From an uncultured Thermodesulfobacteriota bacterium (lineage in GTDB: Bacteria > Desulfobacterota > Desulfomonilia > UBA1062): DNA of 64,000 nt. The stretch covers positions 157,156 to 221,155 of the forward strand of contig CALOBW010000030.1 in NCBI GenBank assembly GCA_942491525.1. Direction: 5' to 3'. A program made the translations under genes and the position numbers. Below, piece by piece: positions 60,110-64,000 of the stretch. Position 1 is the stretch's first letter; each line of letters starts with the position of its first letter. The notes beneath the pieces were generated by a model. That model had not been told where the DNA came from. It did no database searches and saw only the letters and a list, made by a program, of their open reading frames with translations.

Positions 60110-60766
60110 CTAGATGAGGCCGACCAGCTCTTCGACATCATAGTTGCCCGCGGGCATCGCAGGAACCGCCTTCAGGATCTGTCGGAGCCCGGCCACATAG
60201 GAGTCGGCGCCCTCGATCCTGGTCTCGATCCTGATCTGCGAGCCTTCACTGCCGATCAGGATCTCATGATAGGCGTGCTGTTCCAGGTTCGTGAACCCCA
60301 TGGCGCTCTGGACGGCCCGATCGCGGATGCTCTCAACGGCGGCATGCTCGACGCCCAGGATGTCGCAGATCTTATGGGCCGTGCCCGGAGCCGAGGTCTT
60401 GCTGGCCTGGTGACTCTCCCTGATGCAGATCTCCTCGGGGCTGAAGAGCCTGGAGCCCAGCTTGAGCCAGTGAAAGAGCTTGATCAGATGCAGATCCAGG
60501 TTGGACGCATCGATGTAGACGATCCGCCCGGGCTCCGGCGGCTCCATGGAAAAACCTTTGGCGGTGGCGGCCTGGATGAAGGCGTACCCCCGCTCAAGCG
60601 CCAGATCCAGCGCCTCCCGGTACTGCCGGCCGGAGCCCACATGCACCAGGATGGAGTCGGCCGACACCTGATCACCAAATCGCTGAACGCTGCCGGAGAG
60701 GCCGCAGACAATGGCGTCGGCCAGCTTGCCGTTTCCCACAACAACTATGTTAGTTTTACTCTTCAT
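60110..60766 (-). CDS. DapB-like (dihydrodipicolinate reductase C-terminal domain) protein
   Basis: VVGNGKLA, IRESHQASKTSAPGTA and HAYH; shortened relative to DapB. Confidence 0.8.
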   Translation of the reverse strand: MKSKTNIVVVGNGKLADAIVCGLSGSVQRFGDQVSADSILVHVGSGRQYREALDLALERGYAFIQAATAKGFSMEPPEPGRIVYIDASNLDLHLIKLFHWLKLGSRLFSPEEICIRESHQASKTSAPGTAHKICDILGVEHAAVESIRDRAVQSAMGFTNLEQHAYHEILIGSEGSQIRIETRIEGADSYVAGLRQILKAVPAMPAGNYDVEELVGLI

Positions 60767-60778
60767 TGCAGCCCTCTA

Positions 60779-61369
60779 TTAATCTCTTTTGCCAATTATT
60801 GACACAGCCAATTGGCGGCCGAACTCGCGGGCCCGGAGCGCCTCATCCTGCCCAAGCCGGACCATACCCATATTGGGGAAGAGGCAGGCGCTGAAACGGC
60901 ATGCGAACATCTCGGCCACGTTGCGGCACTGCTGCTCCAGCAGATCCAGGTTGTTTGCGAGCCCCGCATTGCCGGTGGTCAGCAGGGCCAGGCTCTTGCC
61001 GGCCAAGGGCGTTATGATCTCGCCGTTCTCGCCGAAGCGCATCAATGAACCCAGGCGGTCGATCAGCATCTTTATCTGGGCCGAGTAGCTCATCCAGTAG
61101 GTCGGCGTGGCCAACACGATCACATCATATTCAACCAGCCCGGCCACGGTTAGGGCCAGCTCATCGCCGAGCACACAGGCAAACTCGTCACTCTGCTGGC
61201 ACTGCATGCAGCCGGCGCAACCGGCCACCTTGAACTCCAGCCTGGTTGCATCAATCTCAAAAACTTCGGCATCTTCATCCCGGGCGGCCTGGGCTGCCAT
61301 TGCGGCGATCTGACGCGTATTGCCGTTTGGGTGCGGACTTCCATGGATAAACATAATTTTCTTGGACAT
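60779..61369 (-). CDS. Flavodoxin-family / iron-sulfur flavoprotein (Isf-like)
   Basis: GSPHPNGNT, CAGCMQC...C and LATPTYW. Confidence 0.88.
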   Translation of the reverse strand: MSKKIMFIHGSPHPNGNTRQIAAMAAQAARDEDAEVFEIDATRLEFKVAGCAGCMQCQQSDEFACVLGDELALTVAGLVEYDVIVLATPTYWMSYSAQIKMLIDRLGSLMRFGENGEIITPLAGKSLALLTTGNAGLANNLDLLEQQCRNVAEMFACRFSACLFPNMGMVRLGQDEALRAREFGRQLAVSIIGKRD

Positions 61370-61447
61370 GTTTTTTACCTTATCTTCGCGCAGACAGACC
61401 GAGTCTGCTGGTTTATGAAATGAAAAGCGGAACCTCTGAACAGAGAG

Positions 61448-61795
61448 CTACTCGATTTCCTTACGGTAACCAAAGACATCCTCGGCCCAGGTCAATGACC
61501 ACTTGCCGATGGGAACCAGGGTCGCTCTGAGCTCATGGCCCCTTGCGGTAAGCTGGTAACCGTCCAGCGAGCGTTCCATGATCCCCGCTTCACGCAGGTC
61601 CTTGATGCGGCTATTCAGGATTGAAGGCGATATGCTGCCGCAGAGAGTCTGCAACTCTCTGAATGTCATCGGCCCCTCCTCGAGATTCCAGATGATACCC
61701 ATGGCCCAGCGCCGACCCAGCAGGTCGAAGATGGCGTTTATGGGTGAGCCGGACTCTGACCCGCGGACTTTCTTACCCGGTTGAGGTATACTCAT
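61448..61795 (-). CDS. HxlR-family wHTH regulator
   Basis: PINAIFDLLGRRW, FRELQ...ISPSILNSRIKDL and YQLTARG. Confidence 0.92.
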   Translation of the reverse strand: MSIPQPGKKVRGSESGSPINAIFDLLGRRWAMGIIWNLEEGPMTFRELQTLCGSISPSILNSRIKDLREAGIMERSLDGYQLTARGHELRATLVPIGKWSLTWAEDVFGYRKEIE

Positions 61796-61848
61796 ATCAA
61801 CTCCTTGGATGACAGTTGTACATCCTCTCCCGGGTAATGAAAACCATT

Positions 61849-62043
61849 TTATCGGGCAGCTTTGACTTCGGCCAGGGTCCTGCCGGCCAGGCCGATGTTG
61901 TAGTCGTCCAGCTCGTTGATCAGGATCGTAAATGACTGCTCGGGAATACCCGTCACCCCCACGGCTGTCGCGGTCAGCTTCTCAATCAGCTCGGCCTTCT
62001 TTTCCTTTTCAATCTTTCCCATAGTCACTGAAATTATCGGCAT
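61849..62043 (-). CDS. 4-oxalocrotonate tautomerase family protein (DmpI-like)
   Basis: Catalytic Pro1 (MPIISV), 64 aa, IGLAG; AGGAGG RBS. Confidence 0.92.
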   Translation of the reverse strand: MPIISVTMGKIEKEKKAELIEKLTATAVGVTGIPEQSFTILINELDDYNIGLAGRTLAEVKAAR

Positions 62044-62059
62044 CTTTGCCTCCTTTGTT

Positions 62060-62114
62060 GCTACAACTTTGGTAGCGTGATGTCAATTCTGTAGCATGCT
62101 ACCAAATTCATAGC
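62060..62114 (-). promoter_or_regulatory. Two GCTAC-N7-(G/A)TAGC operators around the tautomerase-hxlR promoter
   Basis: GCTAC-AACTTTG-GTAGC (62060-62076) and GCTAC-CAAATTC-ATAGC (62098-62114); minus-strand TTGACA at 62081-62086. Confidence 0.6.
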
Positions 62115-62203
62115 AAGTTATTTTTACAGATAGCCCATCAATTGCAGACCGTTTAACCCAAGCTACTGTAAAGATTGAACCTTTTCAAATAATAGACCGC
62201 AAT

Positions 62204-62231
62204 TCAAGAAAAAAACCTCTGTCCCCGATTT
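62204..62231 (+). promoter_or_regulatory. Putative sigma28 promoter of the MCP
   Basis: TCAAG-N15-CCCGATTT resembles the FliA consensus. Confidence 0.4.
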
Positions 62232-62264
62232 ATATCCATAACGACACCAGGAAGAGAGGCGAAT

Positions 62265-63848
62265 ATGAAAGTAGATGATCTCAGTTTCAAGGTAAAAATC
62301 GGCGGCAGCCTTCTGTTAATCATGGCAATGTCAACTCTGGTGGTGCTCTTCGGATTAATGATTATCAACAAGGGCATCATGGCCATCGACGCCACCGAAA
62401 AGGTCAACGAGGTCGTGCAGGGGTTCATCAGCGCTGACAACTCCTTCAAATCCTACCAGCTCACCGGCGACCAGACTCACCTGAATGAGCTCGAACGCAT
62501 CAACCAGCAGACGGTCAAGGATCTGGACTACCTGATCGGCGCCCTCACCGTTGAGAAGAACCGCCAGACCGCCATCCAGCTGCAGAAAGATATGACGACC
62601 TATGTCAGAGACATCAATGAATATAAAAAACTGGCCCACAATGATCCGCACTCGGCCGAACTACAGCAGGCTATCACCACAAACGCCGAGGGCATGATCA
62701 GCCTGATTGTCGAGGTGCGCAACTGGGGCGTCAATATGATCCAGGAGCGGATCGCATCGGCCCGCAACATTTTCGTCATCATCATGTCCATTGTGCTGAT
62801 TCTGATCCTGATCTTCGCCTACCTGATCACCGGCAAACTGACCCGCGACGTCAGGCGCGGCATAGATTTCGCCAGCCGGGTGGCCGACGGCGACCTGACC
62901 GTCAAGGCTGAACTCAACCAGAAGGATGAGATGGGCCAGCTCTCCGACTCCATGAACCGCATGGTCGAAAACCTGCGCAGCGTCATCACCAAGGCCGGCG
63001 ACGCCTCGGTGCAGGTGGCCCAGGCCAGCGAGGAGATCAACGCCTCGTCCGGCCAGGTCTCCCAGGTGGCCACCGAGCAGGCCTCCTCTGTGGAGGAGAT
63101 TGCCGCCACCATTGAGGAGATGACCTCCACCATCAAGCAGAACGCCTCCAACGCCAGTGAAGGGCTGAAGCTGGCCCAGACAACCGCCGATGCGGTCAAG
63201 GCCAACTTGGAGCACTCCGCCAAGGTTGAGAACGCCATGGCCGCCATCTCAGACGCCTCCAGCAAAATCAGCGAGATCACCACCACGGTCAATGACGTGG
63301 CCTTCCAGACCAATCTGCTGGCCCTCAACGCCGCGGTCGAGGCGGCCCGCGCCGGTGAGCACGGCAAGGGGTTTGCGGTGGTGGCCGAAGAGGTCCGGGC
63401 TTTGGCCCAGCGCTCAGCCGACGCTTCCAGCCAGATCCGCAGCCTGATCGAGGACACCATGCAGAAGATCAGGACCGGCGACGAGCTGGTCAAAGTTTCC
63501 ACCGAGGCCATGGGCGGCATCATCACCAAGACCGACACCCTCTGCGACTCCATGGAGGAGATCGCCAGCGCCTCATCCGAACAGGCCGAGGGCATCGACG
63601 AGCTCAACCGCGCCGTGGCCCAGGTCGACAATTCGACCCAGGTCAATGCCGCCGCCGTCGAGCAGCTGGCCGCCAGCGCCGAGACCATGATGACCCAGGC
63701 CGATGTCCTGCGCGACCTGGTCTCCAGCTTCAAGACCGGGGCTGCACGGAAACCGGCAGCAGCCAAACCTGTCAAGGCTGCTGCGACTGCGGTTCAGGCG
63801 CCCAGCATCGATACCCATGAGAACATGGATGACTTTGAGGAGTTCTAA
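62265..63848 (+). CDS. Methyl-accepting chemotaxis protein (4HB sensor)
   Basis: TM - four-helix sensor - TM - HAMP - [30 protein letters not shown]. Confidence 0.95.
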   Translation: MKVDDLSFKVKIGGSLLLIMAMSTLVVLFGLMIINKGIMAIDATEKVNEVVQGFISADNSFKSYQLTGDQTHLNELERINQQTVKDLDYLIGALTVEKNRQTAIQLQKDMTTYVRDINEYKKLAHNDPHSAELQQAITTNAEGMISLIVEVRNWGVNMIQERIASARNIFVIIMSIVLILILIFAYLITGKLTRDVRRGIDFASRVADGDLTVKAELNQKDEMGQLSDSMNRMVENLRSVITKAGDASVQVAQASEEINASSGQVSQVATEQASSVEEIAATIEEMTSTIKQNASNASEGLKLAQTTADAVKANLEHSAKVENAMAAISDASSKISEITTTVNDVAFQTNLLALNAAVEAARAGEHGKGFAVVAEEVRALAQRSADASSQIRSLIEDTMQKIRTGDELVKVSTEAMGGIITKTDTLCDSMEEIASASSEQAEGIDELNRAVAQVDNSTQVNAAAVEQLAASAETMMTQADVLRDLVSSFKTGAARKPAAAKPVKAAATAVQAPSIDTHENMDDFEEF

Positions 63849-64000
63849 GCGATCTCCTGCTTCCGGCCAGAGGCCACAAAGGCGTAGGCCTGGGACTGGG
63901 GCACCGTCCCCACCTTGAAGATGAAGGGAAACATCTCAATGGGATAGTGCTGCTCGCGGTAGTCAGCACTGAGCCGCTGCAGCGGTTCCCATGTGCGGCG
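63845..64000 (-). CDS. C-terminal end of an unidentified protein (runs off window)
   Basis: Open frame [51 protein letters not shown]; the stop overlaps the MCP stop. Confidence 0.7.
   Translation of the reverse strand, partial: RRTWEPLQRLSADYREQHYPIEMFPFIFKVGTVPQSQAYAFVASGRKQEIA

Overview
A 64-kb chromosomal window from a GC-rich, diderm (Omp85, RND pump, lipoproteins), chemotactic bacterium. Its gene content suggests a salt-tolerant anaerobe or microaerophile; a Desulfobacterota-like ('deltaproteobacterial') origin is my inference only. I found no rRNA, tRNA, CRISPR array, intact transposase or integrase. Main modules: (1) a FadR/GntR-controlled five-gene corrinoid methyl-transfer operon of unknown substrate (two UroD-fold methyltransferases, a corrinoid protein, an ASKHA/RACo activator and a stand-alone MetH activation-like domain); (2) a visibly AT-rich solitary dGTPase spliced behind an Ada-domain gene, a candidate anti-phage gene; (3) an osmoprotection locus with divergent proVWX and ectABC, a long structured ectA leader, and MscS and a GH13_18 phosphorylase elsewhere in the window; (4) a decayed AT-rich oxygen/redox islet (truncated heme-c GGDEF sensor, hemerythrin, katG with an atypical N-terminus); (5) signalling genes (GGDEF, PilZ, two MCPs, one with a periplasmic CZB domain, and a hybrid kinase); (6) housekeeping and transport genes. 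Non-coding signals not in the ORF track include a 50-aa leaderless ORF under LysR control, a GTATCC-N4-GGATAC palindrome repeated at two promoters 10 kb apart (one inside a terminator/antiterminator-like switch), several operators, and several recombination-scar junctions. All identifications come from motif recognition by eye; no searches were run.
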